From contig CALLAT010000035.1 in the NCBI GenBank assembly GCA_938002085.1, positions 58,949 to 122,948 of the forward strand: a stretch of 64,000 nt of DNA, written 5' to 3'. The notes below the pieces were generated by a model. It worked only from the letters and a program-made list of their open reading frames with translations. It did no database searches and was not told the DNA's origin. This stretch comes from an uncultured Pseudanabaenaceae cyanobacterium. GTDB lineage: Bacteria > Cyanobacteriota > Cyanobacteriia > PCC-9006 > JAAUQQ01. Numbering within the stretch: position 1 is the stretch's first letter; each line of letters opens with the position of its first letter. The position numbers and the translations under genes were made by a program. Below, piece after piece: positions 29,866 to 38,587 of this stretch.

Positions 29866-30618
29866 ATGCAGTTCACCTACTACGGCGCCAATAGCTGGCT
29901 CCTCGAATTTGAGTCCCTTCGCATCCTCATCGATCCCTGGCTCGTCGAGACGCTTACCTTTAGTGGTCAGTCCTGGCTGTTTGAGGGTAGCCACCGCAGC
30001 CGCATCGCCATTCCTGACAACATCGACCTTATTCTGCTCTCCCAGGGGCTAGAGGATCACGCCCATCGACCAACCCTAGCCAAGCTAGGAAAGGATATTC
30101 CGGTAGTGGCCTCTAGTACCGCAGCCGCGATCGCTCAGGAGCTAGGCTTCCTCAGCATCACCCCTCTCAAACCAGGCGAGACCCACGAGATCGGCAACCA
30201 GCTACAAATTCGAGCAACCAAGGGAGCTCCAGTGCCCCAGACGGAGAATGGTTATCTCCTCAAGGGTTTGAAGAGTGGCAAGAGCCTGTATTACGAGCCC
30301 CATGGCTATAGCGATAAAACCCTTAAGGATTACAGCCCTATTGATGTTGTGGTAACCCCCATTGTGGACTTGGGCTTGCCGCTTGTGGGGGCGATCGTGC
30401 GGGGCAACGAGCGTACGGTGCAGCTCCTGGAAGAAGTCCAGGCGCGCTATGTACTGCCCACTGCTGCGGGCGGGGAGATTGAGTATGCTGGCATTCTAGA
30501 TAAGCTCCTCAAAACAAAGGGAGACGCAGAGGCATTTCGAGGATTGATCCAGGCCAAGCAACTTGCGACAGAGTTGCTAGAACCCGTGGATCAGGTGCCT
30601 TTGGCAATTCAGGTTTAG
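29866..30618 (+). CDS. MBL-fold metallo-hydrolase family protein
   Basis: 250 aa. ILIDPW..., LLSQGLEDHAH and later YYEPHGY fit the MBL fold pattern. Confidence 0.7.
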   Translation: MQFTYYGANSWLLEFESLRILIDPWLVETLTFSGQSWLFEGSHRSRIAIPDNIDLILLSQGLEDHAHRPTLAKLGKDIPVVASSTAAAIAQELGFLSITPLKPGETHEIGNQLQIRATKGAPVPQTENGYLLKGLKSGKSLYYEPHGYSDKTLKDYSPIDVVVTPIVDLGLPLVGAIVRGNERTVQLLEEVQARYVLPTAAGGEIEYAGILDKLLKTKGDAEAFRGLIQAKQLATELLEPVDQVPLAIQV

Positions 30619-30758
30619 AGGGGTTTAATCCAAAGTTAGGGCACAGACCCATTAGGGGTAACACCCCTGGGGGTCAATGGTCAGGGGGCTAGTTAACCCT
30701 CGCAGGGGTAGACCCGGCTTTCCATTGTGATTATTTCTAGGCAGACTATAGTCAGGTT

Positions 30759-30940
30759 CACGCGAGGTCGTTAAAGATTTTACTTTCGGCTTTCACGGCC
30801 AGGTGTCCCAGCACGGGGACAACTACAAATGAGGTGGGAGTCTTGTTGTAGTTTGTATCACCTGGATGACTAGATGATTGGGTTCATCCGGTAAAACGAC
30901 TTTAAGCCAAGCTGTGCGGGTACACAGCTTGGCTTTTTAT
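30759..30940 (+). ncRNA. Candidate structured small RNA (unknown family)
   Basis: Promoter-like TTGTGA (30725-30730), a 16-nt spacer, then TATAGT (30747-30752). Nested helices CCAGGTG/CACCTGG, GTCCC/GGGAC, AACTACAA/TTGTAGTT and GGATGA/TCATCC. Ends in an intrinsic terminator. Confidence 0.3.
30904..30940 (+). terminator. Rho-independent terminator, plus-strand oriented
   Basis: 13-bp stem AAGCCAAGCTGTG / CACAGCTTGGCTT followed by TTTTTATTT. It lies 286 nt after the nearest plus-strand stop codon. Confidence 0.75.
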
Positions 30941-31118
30941 TTGGCTTTATGGCGCGGTTGAGCTGGTCGATCATGAGACAAATCGACAAATCTGGCAGCC
31001 ATGAGGGCCAGCCCTCAAACTCCCGATCAAGGGGGCCGAAGCGCCGCCCCCTTAGAGGTTATCCCTCTGCGCAACAGGCTGGGTTGCTTCAGTCAAAAAT
31101 CTGATTTTGCGACGGTAG

Positions 31119-31139
31119 GGACATGGCGATGCCATGTCC
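31119..31139. repeat. Variant copy 3 of the GGACATGGC...GCCATGTCC palindrome
   Basis: GGACATGGC-GAT-GCCATGTCC. Lies about 150 nt downstream of the minus-strand peptidase stop codon. Confidence 0.75.
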
Positions 31140-31292
31140 GCAGTAGCCCTGAAATGCTCAGAAGTCTACGGCAATCCTCTTGCTTCATCGTTAAAGCAAA
31201 AGCGGAGGAATCAGTACAGGACTGTTGGCATCACTGCACAACCTTACCCACTACCGATTCCCCCGCCTCGTCGTACTTTGAGTGCCTCAGCT

Positions 31293-33332
31293 CTACAACT
31301 GCTTGGCCTTCAAGTTCGCAATTTCAACAGGCTCGATCGCGTCAGCCACCTTAAAGCCAAACACCTGGGCATAGAAGAAGAGCTGGCCTTCCAAACTCCG
31401 CTTGATATTCTCAGCCTTGCGGAAACCATGTTGCTCGCCCTCGAACGGGACATAGGCTACCGGCAAGCCCTTATCCTTCAGCACATTCACCATCGCTTCA
31501 GCCTGATTGGGCGGCACCACACGATCTTCTAGGCCCTGGAAGAAGATCACAGGACAGGACAGATGCTCGACGTGATTTATGGGAGAGCGCTCCTCATAGA
31601 CCGCTTTGCTGGCAGGGTAGGGGCCGACCAGGCTGTCTAGATAGCGCGCTTCAAATTTGTGGGTGTCTTCAGCGAGGGCGGTGAGGTCGCTGACGCCGTA
31701 GCGACTGGCCCCGGCTTTGAAGACGCTGTGGAAGGTTAGGGCGCAGAGAGTTGTGTAGCCGCCCGCACTGCCGCCATCGATGGTGAGGCGATCGCCATCC
31801 ACATCACCCCGCTCGGTCAAATATTTAGCCCCGTACACACAATCATCGACATCCAGCACGCCCCAGTTACCTTTAAGACGCTCACGATAGGCACGACCGT
31901 AGCCAGTGCTACCGCGATAGTTCACATCCAGCACCGCAAAACCACGGCTGGTCCAGAACTGAATGCCCAGGTTTAGGCTACTGCGGGTTGCAGCAGTGGG
32001 TCCACCATGGCTCTTGACCAAGAGCGGGGGACGCTCACCCAAGGCTCCCTCAAAGTCGCGGTTCTTCGGCGCGTAATAAATACCATGGGCCACTTCTGCT
32101 TCGCCATTGGGACCCGCAGTGGTGGGGAAAGTCACAAGCTCTGGCTCTGATAGGTAATCGGGGTCCAGCTCTAAGTCACTAGAAGAACGAAGCACCGTCA
32201 TTTGGCGCGTTCTTAGGTTCAACTGCACCACCGCAGTGGGGCTGATAGCAGAACCACCAATGAAGATGGCGCGATCGCCATTGGCCTGAATATCACTAAT
32301 CTCGGTGTAAGGGCTGGTAATCGTCTCCAACTCACCGGTCACCGTATCAATCAAGCCCAGGAACCAAATCCCATTCTGGGTATAAGTGCAAACAATGCGC
32401 TCCGCCGAAGCAAAGGCAAAGCTGTCCATGCAGAAGACCCACTGGGGAAAGCCAAATTCTGCTGCCATGGGGCAAACCGCTTCCACGGCTCCGCCATTGT
32501 CAGCCTCACCGTCCCAACGGTAGATATTCCACCAGTCCGTGCGATCGCTAACAAAATACAGTCGGCCATCAGGGGACCAAGTGGGCTGCACAATCGATTC
32601 CGTCGGGCCACCGGCAACCAGCTTCGCCTCACCCAAGCTGCCATCCGCCTGGAAATCCGCCACATAAAGTTCAGTGCTATCCCACGGCATATCGGGATGG
32701 CTCCAGCAAATCCAAGCCAACTGCTTGCCGTTGGGGCTCACACGGGGCGCAGCATAGAAGTCATGGCCTTCCACTAGTACTTGACCAACGCTCTCTTCGC
32801 CTCGGACATTCACCGCAACAATTGTGTTCGTCGGCTCGTCTTCTCCCTGGTGGGCTTCACGAACGCCAACCCAGCGATCGCGACTCCGGTCAAAATTACC
32901 ATCGGCATACCGCATTGCCGGTCCAGCTTCAGGCGTCGCAGAGGTCAAGGCGCGAGGAGCCTGACCTTCAGCTAAACAATAGAGACGCTGATCCGCATTA
33001 TTAGAAAAGAAGACCTCACCCTCTCCCAGGCTGAAAGAACCGCCGCCATACTCATGAACCCCATTTCGAATGCTGTAAGGGAGCGCATTCATTTCGGCGC
33101 ATCGCCCATCGGGTGTTTGCTTCAGCAAAACACTGCGACCTCCCTCAGAGGGACGCATTTCGAGCCAGTAGGTATCGTCACCCGCCAGGGCAGTACCAAT
33201 GAGACTAATGGTATTGGCCACAATTAGATCCGCCGTAATTGGCGAAGTCCACGAGCCATAGGTGGCTGCAATCGCGTGGGTCATTCGATCCGTCTGCTCG
33301 GTTAGAGTCTTCATGCTGGCGCAGTCAACCAC
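31293..33332 (-). CDS. S9-family serine peptidase (prolyl oligopeptidase / acylaminoacyl-peptidase type) with N-terminal beta-propeller
   Basis: GGSAGGYTT nucleophile elbow, C-terminal D...H region (FEGEQHGF), and WD-like propeller repeats. Alternative starts at 33314 or further in. Confidence 0.9.
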   Translation of the reverse strand: MVDCASMKTLTEQTDRMTHAIAATYGSWTSPITADLIVANTISLIGTALAGDDTYWLEMRPSEGGRSVLLKQTPDGRCAEMNALPYSIRNGVHEYGGGSFSLGEGEVFFSNNADQRLYCLAEGQAPRALTSATPEAGPAMRYADGNFDRSRDRWVGVREAHQGEDEPTNTIVAVNVRGEESVGQVLVEGHDFYAAPRVSPNGKQLAWICWSHPDMPWDSTELYVADFQADGSLGEAKLVAGGPTESIVQPTWSPDGRLYFVSDRTDWWNIYRWDGEADNGGAVEAVCPMAAEFGFPQWVFCMDSFAFASAERIVCTYTQNGIWFLGLIDTVTGELETITSPYTEISDIQANGDRAIFIGGSAISPTAVVQLNLRTRQMTVLRSSSDLELDPDYLSEPELVTFPTTAGPNGEAEVAHGIYYAPKNRDFEGALGERPPLLVKSHGGPTAATRSSLNLGIQFWTSRGFAVLDVNYRGSTGYGRAYRERLKGNWGVLDVDDCVYGAKYLTERGDVDGDRLTIDGGSAGGYTTLCALTFHSVFKAGASRYGVSDLTALAEDTHKFEARYLDSLVGPYPASKAVYEERSPINHVEHLSCPVIFFQGLEDRVVPPNQAEAMVNVLKDKGLPVAYVPFEGEQHGFRKAENIKRSLEGQLFFYAQVFGFKVADAIEPVEIANLKAKQL

Positions 33333-34092
33333 AGTTAATGAATGGGCGACCCAGCTTTGTACCCTGACGAGGGAAGCAAGCTGCGATCATATCAGGATGC
33401 TGAACCAGAGACGCTTTGGCACTCATTGGGTTCAGGGGGTGATGGAAATCAATATAGAAGTGAAATCCCCCGAAGCGTTAAGGGGCAATTGCACTGACTG
33501 GACAGAGAGGAGTTGCCCCCCGCGAGGGCGAACCCAGCCTAGGCTTAGGGGCATTGGCCCCTAAGGGGTACTTGGCCCCAAAAGTGGAGAATCCCCCAGG
33601 GCACGACCGTCCCCAGGCAATCCCATAGAGCTTGGCAACTTGCAGTGCCAGCACTCTGAGCCGAAACCTCTAATTAAAGCCTGACTACAGGGGCAAAATA
33701 TCCACGACAGAAGACCTAGCCCAAAGACCAGGACATCCGCCCCAAGGCTCATTCATTCTCGATCACAGCTTCCCGACCTAATAACAGCTCTATAGAGCCG
33801 TATAGGCTAGCAGCCTCAAGACTGCATACGCCCCAGGCATCCCTCATCAAGTTGATTCACACAGAGTTGAACTGACGCACCCCTAACTCAGCCACCCAAT
33901 CCACCTAGAAGCAGACCGACAGCTCAGCCTTCCTTAGCCAAAGCTTTTGAATAAGTGGCCCGAACATAGGTCTCAGCGGGACGACTGTCAATCTAGAAGC
34001 CCCTTGTTCATCGCGCAGCTGCCAAAAACATCTCAAGACAACTCTCCATGCCATCCTCATCCAGCTTCACATCCTAGGCTTGCAGAACGCTT

Positions 34093-34123
34093 GCTTAGCG
34101 CAGACTAGAAGCCATAACGCCCA
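34093..34123. repeat. Dispersed intergenic motif, copy B (GCTTAGCGCAG-8 nt-CCATAACGCCCA)
   Basis: Matches 10589..10611 apart from an 8-nt insertion. Confidence 0.4.
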
Positions 34124-34210
34124 CCATCGAGCCTGGGTCATGGGATATCTGGAGCACCAGCATCAGGCGTCGAGAACAGCACAGTCCGAAAGCCTAGGAG
34201 GTTTGTCCCA

Positions 34211-34354
34211 ATGAGTCGACGGACTTCGCGATTGCCTCTAAAGCTGGAGCAGCTGAATGGGAATGGAGAGAAAAGCGATCGCTTCTCCGAAATCACCAGG
34301 GAGCCCGATGTAGTTACTTCTGAACCTCAAACAATCTCAGTACGTAGACCCTAA
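34211..34354 (+). CDS. Possible 47-aa small protein
   Basis: ATG preceded by AGGAGG about 9 nt upstream. Translation is MSRRTSRLPLKLEQLNGNGEKSDRFSEITREPDVVTSEPQTISVRRP. No homology recognised. Confidence 0.3.
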   Translation: MSRRTSRLPLKLEQLNGNGEKSDRFSEITREPDVVTSEPQTISVRRP

Positions 34355-34407
34355 GGCCCACGGCTGTCGACTTGTTACCTCTAGTCCCTCAGTTCCCAAA
34401 CCCTCCC

Positions 34408-34605
34408 ATGACTCTCTCAAACGGAAACTCTCCTGTGCGCCAAATAACTGAGCAAATCCTTGCCACCAGAAAGATTACTCGGAACGCTCAACAACAACTA
34501 ATGGGTGCCCTGCTTTCCAAGCAAGCCATTAGTCCTGACGACCGGGCCATGATTGATCGGATTTTCGACCAACTTCACCGGGGGCTACTCCACGTCGTTG
34601 ACTAA
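34408..34605 (+). CDS. Small hypothetical protein (65 aa)
   Basis: Track ORF 34372..34605, with ATG at 34408. The helical ...DDRAMIDRIFDQLHRGLLHVVD C-terminus resembles small cyanobacterial proteins I have seen, but I cannot name a family. Confidence 0.5.
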   Translation: MTLSNGNSPVRQITEQILATRKITRNAQQQLMGALLSKQAISPDDRAMIDRIFDQLHRGLLHVVD

Positions 34606-34892
34606 TACTGCATCTGGGCGGAGAGTTCGGCCTGCTATTGACCCAAGCTGCAAATTCCTTCATAGCTTCTTGCCATTTTCGAATTGTGGCTGCTAGGCTA
34701 CAGCAGCGCCCTTGACAGAGGGCAAATAGGTGTTATTGGAAACATGACATCAACGCTTACTACGGCAGCCTTCCAAGGTATTGGTATTTGGTTCTCCAAA
34801 TCTAAACTCTGGATTGGCAAGCTGTTCGGCTCGAGCTCTCCACCGAAGGCAATCTAGATTAATTTCTGCCTTTGCTGCCCACCCCGCGATGC

Positions 34893-36224
34893 ACAATGAC
34901 ACAGCCAAACATCCTAGAACTGGCAAAGCAGGGTGATGCCCGTGCAATCACAAGCCTGCTAAATCGTTCCCTTCAGCCCAAAGGCATCACAGCCAAGGCG
35001 GCCAAGCGAGACGGCATTTTGCATGTGCTCCTGGAGGGCGAAACACCGCCGAACCAACCGGCATCCATTCGTTGTATCCACCAAGGTCTGCAAAAGTTAG
35101 GCTTTGTCGATACCCCTATTACTATCTATGGCCGTGAGCAGGGCAGCGCAGAAGTCTGCTGGCAGAGCCACCTAGATGCTCCCCTCATTGGCGAAGTCCC
35201 GATGATGGCGGACTCTTCTGAGAGCGAACAACAGCTCCCCCCCCCGCCCCCTCCACCACCCGAGGCTTCCGCCAGCGCCAGCCCAGAAGATAGCGAATCC
35301 TGGGATAGCTTTGATTTCCGCGCGGCCGAAAGTGATGAGCCCACAGCGGTGGCAGAAGAGGAGCAACCTGCGGCAGCATACGAAGCTTCAGCTGAGGCCT
35401 GGAACAACGACTTCGCAGGCGATGATTTTGCATTGGACTCTCCCGACGAGCCCACCTTGATTGTTCCGCCCCAGCCTGACGAAGAGCTGGATAGCGGTAA
35501 CCTCAGCGACGAAGATTCGGATAGCGAAATTCTGCTTTCCCTCTGGGATGATGCGGATATTGACGAAGACGACATGGTCGATCCTTCTGTCGATGGAAAT
35601 GGAGACGAACTGGACCTCTGGCAAGACGGAGGTGGGGGTGATGCCATAAATGGGGATGGCGATAATGCCGCTGATTCTCCTGGGTTGATTGGGGAGCCCC
35701 ATGCTAAACGCAAGGGATCTACCTTGCTGCCCCTCGTCTTGTTAGCCTTCTTGGGCGTACTGGGCGGTGCAGTAGCAGCTTCTCGCATGGGTATGGTGCG
35801 TTTCCCCGTGCTGGCGGATATTCCCGGGATTGGCAGCCTGCTCACCCCACCAGAAGACGGCGACAGCAAACCTCCGGCAGAACAGGCTCCCGCAGGAAAT
35901 GTCACCCCGGCGAATACAGGTAACCCCGAGCCCAACTCCACGTCTGTATCCAATGATGGTGATGACGCTAGCCAGGGCCAAGAAACTCCTTCATCTGTAG
36001 AAACGCCATTTCGCGACGGCGTCAATGCTGCAACCCAAGCAGCAACACTCGCCCAAATTGCAACCTCGTCCGAAGACTGGAATATTGTGGCCGAGCATTG
36101 GGGTGACGCAGTCAATGGAATGAAAGCTGTTCCCAGCGACCATCCGCGCTATGACGTTGCCCAAACCAAAGTTTCTGAGTATCAAAAGAATCTCGATTAT
36201 GCTCGCCGTTTAGCTAATCCCTAA
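34893..36224 (+). CDS. Hypothetical single-pass membrane protein: small N-terminal domain, poly-Pro, long acidic region, TM, Pro-rich linker, conserved C-terminal domain
   Basis: ATG at 34893 (MTQPNILELAKQG...). TM segment LLPLVLLAFLGVLGGAVAA. Codon usage supports the plus strand. Confidence 0.7.
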   Translation, partial: TMTQPNILELAKQGDARAITSLLNRSLQPKGITAKAAKRDGILHVLLEGETPPNQPASIRCIHQGLQKLGFVDTPITIYGREQGSAEVCWQSHLDAPLIGEVPMMADSSESEQQLPPPPPPPPEASASASPEDSESWDSFDFRAAESDEPTAVAEEEQPAAAYEASAEAWNNDFAGDDFALDSPDEPTLIVPPQPDEELDSGNLSDEDSDSEILLSLWDDADIDEDDMVDPSVDGNGDELDLWQDGGGGDAINGDGDNAADSPGLIGEPHAKRKGSTLLPLVLLAFLGVLGGAVAASRMGMVRFPVLADIPGIGSLLTPPEDGDSKPPAEQAPAGNVTPANTGNPEPNSTSVSNDGDDASQGQETPSSVETPFRDGVNAATQAATLAQIATSSEDWNIVAEHWGDAVNGMKAVPSDHPRYDVAQTKVSEYQKNLDYARRLANP

Positions 36225-36972
36225 TGGTCTGGGTATACATCTAATGCTCCATCGGAATGATGTAAAAGCGAACTTCTTCTAGGTCACATCAGGTGTTTGC
36301 TCGTGAGTTATTTAGAAAGGCCTATTCTAGCGAATGGGCCTTCTTTGCATGTTATTCAAAAGCTTACAAACTCTCTACCACAAGCTTTACGGGCATCCGA
36401 ATCTCTTTCGAGAAAAGATTATGCAGAGCTTTATAAAACAGCGAAATTAGGTGAATATTTAACGAGAGGCATCAGTACAAGTCACCAATAAGGCAGTATA
36501 ATTCAAATCCTCATACCCAAACAATACTTATAAAATCTAATTTCGGAACTTTAAAACTAATATGTATTCATCTATCTCCACACCTAGAAAATTTACTGAT
36601 ATTTAATGGGTTTTCCGGTTTAAGAACGGCATAGCAGAATTGCTTATAGTAAGGTGGCATAGCGCTTCCTATAGGTTAGTTCTTAGCCGTTCGGGTTCCT
36701 TGTTTTTCTAACAAATCGAGGAAAGTTTAGGCATTCACACGCTTACGCTTACGCTTGTCTGAAGCTAGTTGCCTGTTCTATCATTGAGGTTCAAGCTACT
36801 ATCAGCTTTAAATCCTTGCCCTTATTTGCAAGCCTTATCTATATCAGCTGGAATATTTAGGCTCTTACCCAGAGCTTGATACACAGCTAAATATTCAAAA
36901 TTTTAAAACGTGAAATCTAGACAAAACGCAGAGTTCAAGTACCCGGTTCAGCCATCATTGATTAAAGGTTCC

Positions 36973-37473
36973 ATGGCCAGGCTGTCGATTTTTGTCGATG
37001 GCAACAACATGTTCTATGCCCAGCAGAAGAACGGTTGGTTTTTTGATCCCCGTAAAGTTCTGAGCTATTTTACGCAGCATGAGAAAACTCAGCTGATGAA
37101 TGCTTTCTGGTACACGGGTATAAAGGATTCTCAGGACCAACGAGGTTTCAGAGATGCTCTTATAAGCTTGGGTTACACCGTCAGAACCAAGATCCTCAAA
37201 GAGTATTACGACGATAACTCTGGACGCTATTCCCAGAAGGCGAACCTGGATATCGAAATTGTCATTGATATGTTCAATACCGTTGAGCAGTATGACAGCG
37301 TGATCTTGTTTAGTGGTGATGGTGACTTTGAGCGTGCAATCGAGTTGCTACGCTCAAAAAATACCCACATCACAGTTATTTCCACAGAGGGAATGATTGC
37401 TCGAGAGTTGCGTAACGTAACAGACCGGTATATCGATCTCAACAGCATCCGTCAGTTCATCGAAAAGTCTTAA
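36973..37473 (+). CDS. NYN-domain (LabA/DUF88-like) protein, putative RNase fold
   Basis: MARLSIFVDGNNMFY..., later ILFSGDGDFERAIELLRSKNTHITVIS. Gene and flanks look AT-rich. Confidence 0.85.
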   Translation: MARLSIFVDGNNMFYAQQKNGWFFDPRKVLSYFTQHEKTQLMNAFWYTGIKDSQDQRGFRDALISLGYTVRTKILKEYYDDNSGRYSQKANLDIEIVIDMFNTVEQYDSVILFSGDGDFERAIELLRSKNTHITVISTEGMIARELRNVTDRYIDLNSIRQFIEKS

Positions 37474-37583
37474 GTCTACATTCATGCCAATCACTGGATG
37501 CAGAGCTTGGTTAGCACTGGGGGACGGCGGTTTTGTAAGCTGGTAAGCGTCCATTTAGACAACTGGCTCCCCAGCGAAGTTCC

Positions 37584-38435
37584 ATGACCTACCGGGTTGC
37601 AACTTTCTATAAATTTATAGAGCTGCCAAGTTGGCAATCAATGCGATCGCCGCTTCTGGACTATTGCGGCGAGCAGGAGGTTTGCGGCACAATCCTCCTG
37701 GCCAATGAAGGCATCAACGGCACAATCGCAGGCCAGGATCAATCGGTAGATCAGGTTCTAACCTATCTAAGTCAAACGCTAAGCTTGGGAGCCTTAAGCC
37801 CTCGCTGGTCTGAAGCGGAGACCAAGCCTTTTGGCAAGATGAAGGTCAAACTAAAATCCGAAATTGTCACTTTTGGGCAGCCTGAGATTCATCCTGCTCA
37901 GCAAGCCGGGACCTATGTCGCTCCAGAGGATTGGAATGCACTGATTGCCGACCCAGATGTGGTGGTAGTCGACACGCGCAATCGCTACGAAGTGCGCATC
38001 GGCAGTTTTGAGGGGGCGATCGACCCACAGACCGAGAAGTTTCGAGATTTCCCTGACTATGTCGAGCAGGAGTTAGACCCAAAACAGCACTCCAAAGTCG
38101 CAATGTTTTGCACGGGGGGCATTCGCTGCGAGAAAGCTTCGGCCTACTTGAAGCAACAGGGCTTTGAAGAGGTGTTTCACCTCAAGGGCGGCATTCTCAG
38201 TTATTTAGAAACGGTGCCCCCCGAGAAGAGCCGGTGGCAGGGCGAATGTTTTGTCTTTGATGAACGCGTGGCAGTCAAACAGGGGCTTGAGCCGGGTAGC
38301 TATGTGATGTGCCAAGCCTGTGGTCAGCCCGTGTCGGAACAAGAACAGCAGACAGAGCAATATGAGCCGGGATTGAGTTGTCCCCGTTGTGTCGCTCCAG
38401 CAGATAATAAGCCCTCACCGTCCAGCGAAGCCTAG
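37584..38435 (+). CDS. trhO: Rhodanese-domain tRNA uridine(34) hydroxylase TrhO (UPF0176/YceA family)
   Basis: ATFYKF start, ILLANEGINGT, rhodanese active loop CTGGIRCEKA, and a C-terminal CxxC...CxxC. Confidence 0.9.
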   Translation: MTYRVATFYKFIELPSWQSMRSPLLDYCGEQEVCGTILLANEGINGTIAGQDQSVDQVLTYLSQTLSLGALSPRWSEAETKPFGKMKVKLKSEIVTFGQPEIHPAQQAGTYVAPEDWNALIADPDVVVVDTRNRYEVRIGSFEGAIDPQTEKFRDFPDYVEQELDPKQHSKVAMFCTGGIRCEKASAYLKQQGFEEVFHLKGGILSYLETVPPEKSRWQGECFVFDERVAVKQGLEPGSYVMCQACGQPVSEQEQQTEQYEPGLSCPRCVAPADNKPSPSSEA

Positions 38436-38587
38436 GCGACATTTCGGAGAATCGACCTTCGGGGCAGAGTAGCTAGGGAAAAGGTCGAGTTAAGATTTTG
38501 CAAATTAAGATTTTTAGAGAAGCCCCACCACCTTGAGCGTCAGCAGGCGATATTCAAGGTATTTCCCTTAAACAGAGTAAGACTCCT

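Noticed and set aside
31001-31532. ORFs 31001..31354 and 31134..31532 (+)
   Set aside because: They partly overlap the 3' end of the S9 peptidase gene in antisense and have poor composition. One starts at the palindrome copy.
35126-36115. 329-aa minus-strand ORF, the longest antisense ORF in the window
   Set aside because: It is extremely Ser/Gly/Ala/Pro-rich, the mirror image of the Asp/Glu-rich plus-strand gene (GAN codons read as NTC). The plus-strand product has a sensible domain, TM and C-terminal-domain layout.
36297-36491. 64-aa ORF in the AT-rich leader upstream of the NYN gene
   Set aside because: It has a TTG/GTG-type start, no RBS and a low-complexity AT-driven composition. It overlaps a likely terminator hairpin of the preceding gene.
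36739-36756. (ACGCTT)x3 and other short tandem repeats, considered as a possible CRISPR or VNTR array
   Set aside because: There are only three 6-nt units and no spacer-repeat architecture. I could find no CRISPR-like array anywhere in the window.
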